NCBI GenBank assembly: GCA_002633005.1
Contig: NMRA01000226.1
Coordinates: forward strand, 420,339 to 484,338
Source: Phoronis australis
Lineage: Eukaryota; Animalia; Phoronida
DNA: 64,000 nt
Direction: 5' to 3'
Both the position numbers and the translations under genes were made by a program. Shown piece after piece: positions 52,051 to 63,515 of the stretch; within the stretch, counting starts at the first letter, position 1, and each line of letters starts with the position of its first letter. The notes under the pieces are model-generated. The model had not been told where the DNA came from, did not search any database, and saw only the letters and a list, made by a program, of their open reading frames with translations.

Positions 52051-53180
52051 CTGAAATAGATCATAATAATATTATTATATTAACAATAATTTACAATCTG
52101 CACTTCAAGCTCTACAGGACAACAAATTTGAACCAAGTCAGCACTCAGCAGACATGACACACGCTCAATGAAAACTGCAACCTCCCAGCTGCAGAGAGAG
52201 TTGAACACACAGCACTATAACGCATTTACAAACAAGAGCAACGCGGAGCGTTGAAATGCGCCCACAATTGCACCGCATACGGTATCCTTCTAGGGTTGTT
52301 TATTGGTACCATAAAGTGNTATTCACTCTCCATCTACGCACAACTTCAAAGCATAGCTACCTTTTAAACAAACCCACACAGACTATCGTCTGACAACGAC
52401 GTTTAAAAGGCAACTATAAACCCACCTTCCGTAACAAAAATCAACTCTCAATTTAGCTAACTTACTGTCTCACATTGGTACTTGAATGATTAAAATAAAT
52501 GATTTGTGGACTTGGAAAGCAATGAATTATTGCTCGACACCACAATCTACAAGCTCAAACATCACTTCTCATCTGAGTTAGGAACAAGTTGAGATCAATT
52601 TTACAGCCCAAGTGGTCTAAATCAAAAGTCCACAGAATGCAGTTAACTGGTAACATTGCCAGCTGCAAGCTGTAACCAATTTGCAATTTTGTATCTACAG
52701 GGTGGTACGAAAGCAACCTACCACTGGAGGGGATTTCACACACAATTTTGATCGACATAATTTCCAAAGATTATATGGACAAGCAAACCAGGTTTTCGAT
52801 TTTCTTTTAACTTGCTTACAAAAGTCGTAACTCAAAGATACATTTTGCCCTGTTTAGCTGGCCAACGTAAATTGAATTACTAGGCTTTTTACTGAACTCT
52901 CATAAAATCACTCTCATATTATTCGATACTGCGATGGCATTCATTTCCATAACCAGCAATCTGTTCATGTGGCATTTTCAAATTTGCAAATGGTTCTTGT
53001 CAGTACCGGAAATAGAATCCTGTCATGACAAGGAATATCATGAGATTGATAGTAAAAGGCCTAATTCAATTTTTTTTTTTGTTTTTAGCCAGCTAAGCAC
53101 CTTTAAGTATGAATCTCATGAAATATTTACATCTCATAAACTAGAACTGATATATTACTATGTATACCAAACAAGTTTAC

Positions 53181-53242
53181 CTATTTCTTCCAATGTTTTT
53201 AGTAGGAATGGGTGATCCCATTGTGTGACTTCGGACTTGTGG
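53181..53242 (-). CDS. Dystrotelin-like protein, WW domain second half
   Basis: tttcag|HKSEVTQWDHPFLLKTLEEI|gtaaac; 62 nt, phases 2 and 1. Confidence 0.75.
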
Positions 53243-54047
53243 CTGAAATAGATCATATTCTATTAACAATAATTTACAATCTGCACTTCAAGCTCTGCAG
53301 GACAACAAACTTGAACCAAGTCAGCACAAAGCAGACGTGACACAAGCTCAATGAAAACTGCAACCTCCTAACTGCAGAGAGAGTTGAGCACACAGCACTA
53401 TAACACATTTACAAGTAAAAGTAATATGAATATTTGGCTAAGCAGCTTACTGCAGTGGAAAATAATGTCAAGTTTTCTGACAGTATAAACAACCTATTCA
53501 GTATTAATTTTGTCACAAATCTGAGTCATAATTTGATGCTGCAGTGATTTTCGCAACTACTCAAAGTCCTAGTAAATCCACAATTGTGTAGACAAATCTT
53601 AGTTAATTAAAGATCTCTTCTGGGATTTGCAATGAAGAAAACACTAACCATTCTCAATTTCAAACAAAGAAACCTGCATCACTTTAAATTTTTTAACATC
53701 ATCTGACAATTGAGCAACATGGACCTGGCCGAACATTAGAAAACCGCAAACAAAACAAGTACAACTTTGAAGTTCGACATGGTTTGATAGACAATGACAG
53801 CACTCTCAAGCGTTACTCTGAACTGAATTACCACGAAGATAACACATACTTTTAATGTATAAAACAAAAACGTAATTAAATTCTTTCCATCGTTGTTTTG
53901 CAATACTAGTTATCACCGATGGCAGAAATACATACATGGACAAAAGAATGGTGGAAGTGTCTGCCAAAACACGTTGCAATGCATTGGCCAGTTTTAGGCC
54001 GCTTAACGTTATGTAAATGTGTGTGTGGATTTTCAATACAAACTTAC

Positions 54048-54108
54048 TTAACATAGTAAGGAGTACCATTGCTTGTTTCTGATCTTTCCCATCCTTCGAG
54101 GAGTTTCT
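54048..54108 (-). CDS. Dystrotelin-like protein, WW domain first half (most 5' exon found)
   Basis: ttccag|KLLEGWERSETSNGTPYYVN|gtaagt; needs an upstream phase-1 exon that was not located. Confidence 0.9.
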
Positions 54109-54700
54109 CTGGAAGACACAGAGTGCAAGAATTCATCTATTGAAGGAATTGTTAGTTATACACATTACTGATAAAAGTGCCCAAGTTTGGAAATTAAGGT
54201 CAGCCGCGCTATTCTTAGTAGTGCCAATTTTCATAATGATTCTCTATGAGGCATGGCGGAGAGAGAGAGAGGCAGACGTCAAAATCAATTAACAGTAACA
54301 ATGACTGTAAGGTGATGCAAAATATGTTGAATCCATCTGAAAATGGAAAAGCACGGACTGTAGTTGTCGGATCAGGCCTTTATGCAGCGTACGTCCTGGG
54401 CGTCCAAATGGACGCCCTAGCACTAATCTGGACGCCCTGACAAGGACGCCCAATGTATCATTTGGACGCCCACTGTCAATAGGAACCTTTCAAGTTTGGA
54501 CTCACACATTGTGATGAATACTAGGAAGCCCCTGAAGGCTCACAGTGGGGGCTCTTTTTTTCAAAGCAGGAAGAAATATACAATGTATATACAGAATTTG
54601 TTGAATGCACGACACTTTTCATTGTTCACGGTCTTTATTCCGTTGCGTTCATACTTTCTGAACAAAACTCTACTCTCAACTGAACACACAGTTAGATACT

Positions 54701-55496
54701 ACATCAGTTTACCACAAGCCTACTGATAAAGGTTTCTGTCTCCACGCCAAAAGTGAGTGCCCTGAGCGGTATAAGGTCGCCGTTGTGGTCAACTTCCTAA
54801 AGAGGGCGTATTCGGTGTCGTCTAACTGGCTATTGTTCAATCAAGAGGTAGATCGCATAAGACAAACACTGGTGAATAATGGGTATACCAATGCTTTTGT
54901 GGATTTCCATATTAAGCGATTTATGTCCAGAATTAGCTATGAAATCCCTGCACGTCGGACTGGTGTCACCAAAAAGATATTTTACAAAAATGTCATGTCT
55001 AATAATTACCTCCAGGACAAACACGCCATTAAGAAAATCATAAGGGACAATGTTAAAGTTTGCAAGCCTGATGATTACCTTGATGTTATTATTTATTATC
55101 GGAATAGGAAGTCCCCCAACTTGGTCATGAAAAATAACATTTCTAAAGCGAAAGTCCACCCCATTGCACAGTGTAGTGTTTTTTTATAAATTTGTATGCC
55201 CTATGAACGAATGTCTTCATTCAAACGTCAAACAATGTTACATTGGTCAAACGGTTTGCAGTCTTTCCCGTCGGTTATCCATGCATCTTCAAAATGGCGC
55301 CATTCACGATCATTTTCTGCAATACCACGCACGTAAAATCACCCGTCAAGAAATTGTGGAAAACATGTCAATTCGCTACGTGGAGCAAGATGTGCTGCGT
55401 TTGAAAGTATTAGAGTCCCTTTTAATTGCTTTTGAGAAGCCTATTTTGAATGAGCAGCAAACAGGGTCGCGCCGCACGTTACACTTGTTTGCGTGA
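54701..55496 (+). pseudogene. PLE reverse transcriptase thumb + GIY-YIG endonuclease fragment, frameshifted
   Basis: TSVYHKPTDKG..KRAYSVSS..LVNNGY (thumb); frameshift near the T-run at ~55180; YKFVCPMNEC..YIGQT..LSRRLSMH..LESLLI..KPILN (GIY-YIG with Cys/His motif). Confidence 0.88.
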
Positions 55497-55611
55497 CCTT
55501 CCTGTTACCCCAATTCTTTAGTCATTCTTTGCAGTATTTCACACCCGCCGTGTCTCACTGTGTGTGTCGTCAGCTTATACTCTGTGGTGGCATTACTGCA
55601 TCATTTTATCT

Positions 55612-55652
55612 TCACTTGAGAATGAAACAAGAATGTTTCGAAATATCGTGTG
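55612..55652 (+). ncRNA. Variant minimal hammerhead ribozyme-like motif in PLE 3' region
   Basis: CAC-TTGAGAAT-[GAAACA agaa TGTTTC]-GAAA-TATC-GTG: stem II, GAAA and a short closing stem. Core deviates from CUGANGA. Confidence 0.5.
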
Positions 55653-56953
55653 TCTTTTAATTATGTCGCTAGGTCAGTTACTGTATCTATGTTCAGTTGA
55701 GAGTAGAGTTTTGTTCAGAAAGTATGAACGCAACGGAATAAAGACCGTGAACAATAAAAAGTGTCGTGCATTCAACAAATTTTGTATTTATACAGAAAAC
55801 TTGCTCCCGAAGTAAAGTCAAAGTATATACAAAGTATATGCATTGTTGCTATTTTGACACTTGATTGACAGCATTGTAAAAGTCTTGGTCTACACAGTTT
55901 TTTTAGGAAAAATGCTCACCATAGAAGGCTGTTTTATAAACTTAGATGTAAAAACCTTGATCTATGCATTTCTTTGTAAAAAAATCTGTGTGTTTGGGGG
56001 TATTGCTTGGGGTGGGGGGGTTACGCGTCGGAATCATGGACGCCCTGGAATATTGGGAACCCCATTTTGGACACCCTATTTTCAAAATCCTGGATAAAGG
56101 CCTGTGTCGGATCTGTCCAAAATTTGCTGCAATCCGTTGTAATGTTCATAGGAATCGCACAAAGATCCTACTATGGGTTTAGGAGATCCAATCACAAAGT
56201 CAAGAGGACAGATGGAGGCTGGACATAGATGATATTGTCAGAAAATATATGGTCACACCTACATATGTGGGCGCAGAGAGGGGAAACAGTCAACGCCTTA
56301 TAACGACAACAAAAAGTGGGTTTGGAAATCATCACCAAAGTCATCTTAATTCCCATAGACATGCTTTACCGAAGATATGTGTAAAACCAGAAAGGATCGC
56401 TGAAAAAAGTAAGCCCTACTTTAAGTGATAGTTTTAGATGTAAAATTTTTGTTTGCGTTCCAAACCCCTGTTTCGGATAACTGGATTCGAATCCTAGTTT
56501 TACTGGCTGATAACACTGAGCAATGCACAAAGCCTATTCCTCTGAGCACCGTCTTACTCATGAATATATTATATGCAAGGATTGCAAGGGAGTGAATGAG
56601 AACTGTCAGGTGGTGGAAATGCAATTTCTGGGGCTGTGCTCATATTTTTTTTCCAAGAAAGACGTGCTCAAAATAAACTGTCCCTTATGTACAAAACCCC
56701 ACACAACGTGGTTGCATACCCTATGCAAACCTTCCACCCCTACATATTTCTAGATCACATAATTCCTACTCTCTAAGTCTAAGCTAGGTGTCCCTCTATG
56801 TCTATGAGCAAAAGGTATTTATAACATGACTTTGATGTTTTAGTCAGTGCGAGGCATAATTTGCCGAAGAGCTTCCGCTGTATGAAGCGCCTATAAAATC
56901 TCCATCGTCTCTGCTTGCTGTGCCGAGCAGAGACGATCGATGGTCATTGTCTA

Positions 56954-59137
56954 CAGGGCTCGACGCTATTAAAATCGCCAGGTCGCATTTTGCGACCTAG
57001 CCAAAATCCCAGGTCGCATTTTCAAAATCCAGCTGGCATTCGTAAATTCCAGGTCGCAAAATTTTCCCGCCATTTTTAAGCGCCAAAATAGATTTTTTTA
57101 GATCATCGAGAAAATGTTTAGATTATGCTCTTACCTGCAGCGTTAAATACTCACAAATTTCGGATCTCAAAATTGACTTCATTCATGCAGGTACGGCCTT
57201 ACTGTTCTTCACGACCGCCATTGAAAGTCTCTAGAGCGCAAGGCAAGTTGCCGGCGTGAAAGTTGAATCAGTGCTCTCTAACTGACTTGTGCATTCGAGT
57301 AGCTAAATTTGCAATGTCAAAAAGGGAGAAAATGCCCGTTGAAAAAGTATCCGGGATTTTGTTAGATCTGGTCTGCTACTGGCCGTCATCAAAGTCGTTA
57401 ACGATTCAAACTAACTCGGGTAATCGCGAGTTTGCTCTTCAATACCTTCCAAGTACGAGAAAAATAGGTCAGTCGCAAAACGACACGCACGTCACTAGTG
57501 TTAACTTCCTTTCCGAGGTATAAAACAAAGCCGGGATTTGGTTTTTACATATTGTGAAAAGACGTTTTTGAAAACTGAAGTTGTGTAAAATGAAACTGAC
57601 ACACACCTTATAAGCTGCGTGTCAATTTTAAACCACACGCGGTCGTTTGTAGTGCGCAATGATGGGCGCTAGCTTGAACTGTGGGCGCTTAATTGGAAAT
57701 TCTCAAAATTTAAGGGGGGACTTTTAATAGATCAGTGAGCGCTTATTATGAAACACTTTAAAGGTAGGGAGTAGGCTTGTGCGTGAGCATAGTCGTTAAC
57801 CTCAGTGTTTGCGGTAATAAGATATTAAAACGCTGCAATGGTAAAAAACGTTATAATAATACGATTTTGCGAGGCAAACTCCATCTGGTAGGGGTGACTT
57901 TCTGGATATCGTTACCAACTACATTGTACCCTTTTTAGCCACCCGGAATGATTTTTTAAACTGCCCGCTTCAGCCGGAACAAGGTTGTTTCTATAGGAGT
58001 CTGAACATTTTACGGCGAAGGTGGTTCGGGGAGCGAAAAGTTGCCGGGGGGTGTATAAAGAGAAGAATGAAAAGTTCGCTAACTTGAACCACAATTTCGC
58101 ATCTAGTGCCAGTTTAGTTGCAATAGCTGGCTACGGGCATAGAATACAGGGTTTACAGAACATCGACCTCGGGAAACATCGGAACAGGATAACGTTAGTT
58201 CTGGGTTATATCGGTCCCGGGACATCGGGTCTTTTATAACCGCTGGGAAACTGAGTTCATTTTCAAATAAACCAGAGCCAAGCCGGTATACTCTTTCATT
58301 TAGGACTGTCGCTGTTCTTTGAAGTGGTGCGCACGCGTGAGTTCACGCACTTGAATCGTTGGAGTAGGCCTACACTTTACGTTGGCAACAACGTGTGAAA
58401 GACAATCATATTTCGCGCACGTAGCCCCAGAAACAAGTAAAGGGTTTGAGAATTTCTTGGCAACTTAAAGTAAAGACGTGACCGTCGTTTGGCGATTAAT
58501 AAGGTTGTCATTTTCACTTTGGCTGTCTTAATACGATAAAAGGAGAAGCACATCTCAGTCTAAGTCACGATTGTCTGCCGGGACCGCTTGCGCGCTAACG
58601 GTGCCGCAGTGCGATATCAGGGATATTGTCGTGGATGTTTGGTACATGTAATAAGGACATCTTATGTGAAAAATAAGCATTTTTGTCCACCACAAAGTTT
58701 GGTAAGTTGATCGCTTAAGAATTAATAGAAACACCGTTGTTTTGTGAAGTGTTATCACGTGTAAGCAGTGGCCCGAAACTTTCTTCGGCGAATCCGGGAA
58801 TTTACAAAAGTGGCCGAAAGTGTTAGCCAATGAAACGCGTCAAAGATCGATTCTTCATATCCCATGTTCACGCGACTTGCTTACAAGTCATCGGGAGGCC
58901 TGTTCTCGGTTAGTGTTCTTTTGAACTTGTATTTGGCAACAACCAAATAACGGTCGGATTAACAAGAGCTGCTTTGTATTTGCCAGGTATCTGTTGAGAA
59001 GTGTAAAAACTCAGCTCGCATTCGTTGGAAATTCCAGGTCGCATTTTGCGACTTTATACGAGCTGACAAAAATCTCAGCTCGCATTTCCAAATTTCAGGT
59101 CGCAAATGCGACCTGCAGCTCGTTATGTCGAGCCCTG
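56954..59137. mobile_element. Non-autonomous hAT-like TIR element with 5-bp TSD
   Basis: TIR CAGGGCTCGAC/GTCGAGCCCTG; GTCTA at 56949-56953 and 59138-59142; AGGTCGCA(TTT) repeats at both ends; no transposase ORF seen. Confidence 0.85.
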
Positions 59138-62100
59138 GTCTACCGTCCTTAGGCTTAGAGACTTACCACTCCACGGTAGTCCGACCTTGTACTAGTTTTA
59201 CTCAAGACTCAGACTCTTGTTTTTATCCTGGGCACTAACCTGCACTTTGTTTTGTAATTATTTTCACAGTTATGTACAGTCCAGAGTATTACCATGATAA
59301 TTTCTAGAATTCCACATCACTGAGACCTGTGGCTTCGGGTAGAACACATCGAATCGACGAATGTTGTGGACAAGACAAGACAAGAAGCGTCGTGGAAAAC
59401 TTCAAAATATCCGGGAACTGATTCGAACTGAATGCGAGGCTGCCGATGGTCGAGCCATCTTTCGGGTATTTCTAAAACTATAAGGAACCTCGCACCATGA
59501 CTCAACAAATGTTGATTGTAACGTTGTTTATCTGTGTCAATTTTAAAGCGAAGTAGCTCAACATGCTGAAAAATTCGGTTTCCTGGATCACCTAGATCTA
59601 CGGTAGGCACTTTCCTATGGGCGATTCTGTTCAAGAATAACTTTTGTTAGATTTAACACTGTTTAACGCTTGACAGGTTGATTTCCCCACACTGAATCTG
59701 AGACGGAGCGGATCAGACACATGTATGTCCTATCAGACTATCCAGCGCCACTTTCAGTTAGTATCAGTGACGCGTGTCAAATTGTCGTTAACTTCGTACC
59801 ATAGCTGTCTCTAGTTATCTTCACAGATATGTTAGCACTTGCTTGTATCATCAGTCGAGAGTGTACGACATTACTAGGATCTTTTTGGACTCCATCAAAA
59901 CCAAGAACTATCGGGATCCACCGACAGGACTCTCGACTGGCCCCGTAGAGACGGTGGCAGGCCCTCCGTACGCCAGAAGCTCTTCAGCAAATTATGGCTC
60001 AGTCTCACTGATTAATGACTACATATCCCCTGGTCCAAGCAACTACAAAAATGGCCTGTTGCCAATGTGGGCAACTTAACAAAGCACTGTTTCAAACCAC
60101 AGGCGTCCTTGAAGCATCGTCCCCAAGTGAATACTACAAGGTATCTCACTCCCGACCAGAAATTCCATGGGTGCTTCACTTCAGCCGTCCATATTAAACA
60201 CAAAACTCTATAAATTTACACATAACAAGGTTTCAACAAACCATTAGCAATTGTCCTTTCTTCTAATACCATTTATGGTGTCCTGCTCCAGCGAGATCGC
60301 AACAAATTCGCGGTCAAAGCACAAAAATGTTCCCAAAAAGCCCACGCATCGAGCTTCCTCGGACGGTTCGAGGTCAAGTGTGGTACGGCAATTGCCGATT
60401 TGTCACGGACTGTCACGGCATCAAAAACTCCACACTCAGCCAGACCATTTTGTTACCTTCCGTGAGGAACTGACAGTTGCCGTCTATCCGTAACTAACCG
60501 GATAATTCCGTACCGTATATAGTGTATTGGGGACGATCAGAAGCTGAGGACGCCTGTGTTTGAAACAAGTTTGATTGCGGGAGTGTAGTTATTCAAGCTG
60601 GGTAGAGTTAAAGGCATCAGTGCCCTCTCTTGATTATTTAATGTAGTTATGACAGGAAAAAAATATCTATTCCTCTCTTATTCTGCACTTAAAAGTTTAT
60701 GGAGCGATCATATGTGTTAACTTAGAGAGCCATGAAATTGAGTGCTATCAGTTGCCAATCTCTGTTTTCGCTTTCAGACCCGTTTATTTGAGGCACATGC
60801 GTGTGCCATTTGCTAAATTTTTGCCGCATCTTTCAGGAGTTGATTAGAAAAAATTTGCTTTAAGAACTTTGATTTGGTGGTAGTTAAAATAGTAAAACTA
60901 TAGTGAAATCAATTCTCATAATTTGCTGCGGTTCATGTACACAGCCTTGTGGAAGGAGAACTGTTGATTCAAGAATGGGCAAGAAATTGGCCAATAGGTG
61001 ATGCTGTATGTTGCTGAAAGCCAATGCATAAAATCGCTCGACAAACTTAGCAGAATGTGGAAAAGCAATTTTTAGCTGTGGGAACTACGTGGTAAATTTT
61101 CCTCAAATTCGAATAAAAAGAAATTCAAAATTTTATCATGTGTTTGTTGAAGACAGCTGTACTATTTTTCAAATTATCATTCTAATCTGAAGAAACTTTA
61201 CCATAATTTCGTTTAACAAAAGGGAGATTGATTTTTTGTGATATTAATCATTAATTTTGTGTCAGCTTTTATTGGTCATTTTTTACCCATACAACTTTGC
61301 ACCAAGGCTAGCTAATTCGCTGCCTCGGTTTCCACATGCTTCAATTTTTACCAAGTTGGTGGGTCTACATGAAATTTGCTATGTGTTCCAACTGAGGATA
61401 GTACACCTGGCGCTGATTTTGGGACGATGCCGACTAGTATGGCATCTCCTAGTGGCAGTTTAAGTTTTCTTTTCATACGGTACCTTGCTGCATGTTCTCG
61501 AAATTTGCAAATAAGTTTCTATGAAGGAGATGGTAGCACTTAATTGTCGTGTTTCCAGTCACCAGGTGGCCACCTCATCCAGGAGTCGGCTCACCTAGAA
61601 CTGCCAAACATGTTGTTGAAATCGACAACACATTAGTCTGCTGAAAAAATAGTTCGGCAAAGGGACAATTTATGAAAAAGGGAAGCAGATGAGGTTATTT
61701 AAAGCAAAAATGGTTGCTTGGCATTGCTTTTGATTCCCGATATTATAACATAATGTCACATTTTTTTCATCTGATAATACCGCATCTGGTTACATGTGGA
61801 GATAACCTGACTATCTGAGTCCGAAAGTGCGCCAGTTCTGTCTTACGTAGTCAATGACCTTGTTTTGGACAGATTTGAAATATGCTGCGGGGACCCCTAT
61901 TGACCTTTCTATTTTTATTATGATACTAATAAACACCCCTAGAAGCATATCGTTTGCAGTATAGTCGTGGGCGTATTTCATTGCCTTGCAGTGCTTTTGT
62001 TTCTTATCTCATGCACATTTCTAGGTTCAGGAACCGCTTGACAGTACTTTTCACTCACTGACAAGAAAGCGCAGCTGTCAAAATCCAGTCATTTAACACA

Positions 62101-63515
62101 CTTATGGTCATCAGGGAATGGCCTCTAACGACCACCATAAAAATGATTACTGAAACTTTGTCGCGTATTGCTGTAGAAGTATTCAACCCTGTGGAGATGT
62201 AGAATGTATTTGCTAGCTATCTTGAGTATTCACCAAGAGTTTGCCAGTCCTCAATTTCATGTTCTTACAAATTAAAAATAAGTCCACTTCCTGGCAGCTG
62301 GAGTATTCCTTGCAGTGTGAGCATCTGGGAAAACTAAATTCCCACAATTTAATAATCAGCTTTCAAGATTGATGAAAAAGGTGATATTGTGGCTGAAGTT
62401 GGATCCGGTTAACATGACATTAAATTTGATCGGCAAACACCTGCAATAAGACGAGCCAGAGGTCAAATAGTTGGATACACTCCTGGTGGAGAGTATTGCA
62501 ATAACATTTGTGTCTGTTGTAAAGCATATGGTCAGGCAGAGCTGCAATTTTACCCATCATGCCAAAGTGAATCCAAACGAAGCTTTGAGTAACTCTTAAA
62601 GTTTTACAAATCTTGTTGTTTGCAAGCACCCACTCAATATGCTGAGGCTGCCAAGTGATCTACAGCCCACTGGTACAATAATGCAGTCTTTTTGCGGTCA
62701 AACTGCTAGCACCAGTAACATCCTACACATTCCGAATGTAGCATAATCAATTCCCAAATTTGTAATAAGCTGTGTTCAATAATGAACGAAGCACAACCAA
62801 AATCTGATAAACTCTGAACGTTGTTGCTAGGAAAACAGAACGGCTTTACCTGGTGAGTAGAAGCTCTGAACTGCTCCGTTGTGAACTTTGCGTAACCCGC
62901 TAGATGTCAAGCTATTGCAAACCTTTTGCCAAGTATCTATTGTTCAACTTTTTGGTGTTGTGAATAATTTTTGGCATAGTTCAGGAAACGTAGGTGTAAA
63001 ATTCATGGTGTAACAACACAATCCATATTCAACAGAGGAGCATAAGGGTAGTAAAACGGTCCAACTCAGTAAGGACGTTGCTGCTCGTGCGTACAATCAC
63101 AAAGGTGCCTGAAGAATATACTGAGTTGGCAGTCCATGTACTGTGCTAGTAGTCTGTGGTTGCATCAACTGTCCTTGAGTCTTTTTTGTTCACATATATT
63201 TCTATTGTTCAGGCACAACTCATAGATCTTAGGCTACTGGTCATATTGCCCACTAAATTGACAACAATTACAATAGGCCTTTTGCGAGTTTATAACAATA
63301 ACGCGAGATTATGTGAGACTTAACTGTGACGTCACGGGAAGTGGGGCAAAAGCTTGTCGTTTGGTCACTGATTTGCCCAACACGGTTGCAGAGTGTATTC
63401 TGTTATTGTCTTCGAGTTTTTAGCTGTTTAGTTCGAAAAATGCCCAAAAGCATTGCTGTTATGGCAAATGAACTTCAGATTCGCATTACAATACGTTCTA
63501 TCGCGTTCTGTACTA

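Larger units (their letters stand above)
51141..53415 (+). repeat. Tandem duplication of ~1.0-1.1 kb (51141-52240 and 52432-53415) containing a coding exon
   Basis: Near-identical colinear copies with scattered substitutions; a single N at 52319 lies between them. Confidence 0.92.
54590..55787 (+). mobile_element. 5'-truncated Penelope-like retroelement with ~97-bp inverted termini
   Basis: 54590-54686 is the reverse complement of 55690-55787; encloses RT-thumb and GIY-YIG coding sequence. Confidence 0.88.
54373..56104. mobile_element. Non-autonomous hAT element with 8-bp TSD, carrying a nested Penelope-like insertion
   Basis: TIR CAGGCCTTTAT/ATAAAGGCCTG; TGTCGGAT duplicated at 54365-54372 and 56105-56112; GGACGCCC subterminal repeats. 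Confidence 0.9.

Noticed and set aside
37925-54108. Assigning the symbol DMD, DTNA/DTNB or DYTN
   Set aside because: WW argues against dystrobrevin, divergence argues against dystrophin, and orthology to dystrotelin needs a phylogeny.
54590-55787. A novel TIR DNA transposon using a GIY-YIG nuclease
   Set aside because: The RT-thumb remnant, 5' truncation and hammerhead-like tail fit a Penelope-like insertion with an inverted end.
59317-63200. Short ORFs and exon-like segments
   Set aside because: No recognisable protein motifs or phase-consistent exon chain; possibly decayed TE sequence.
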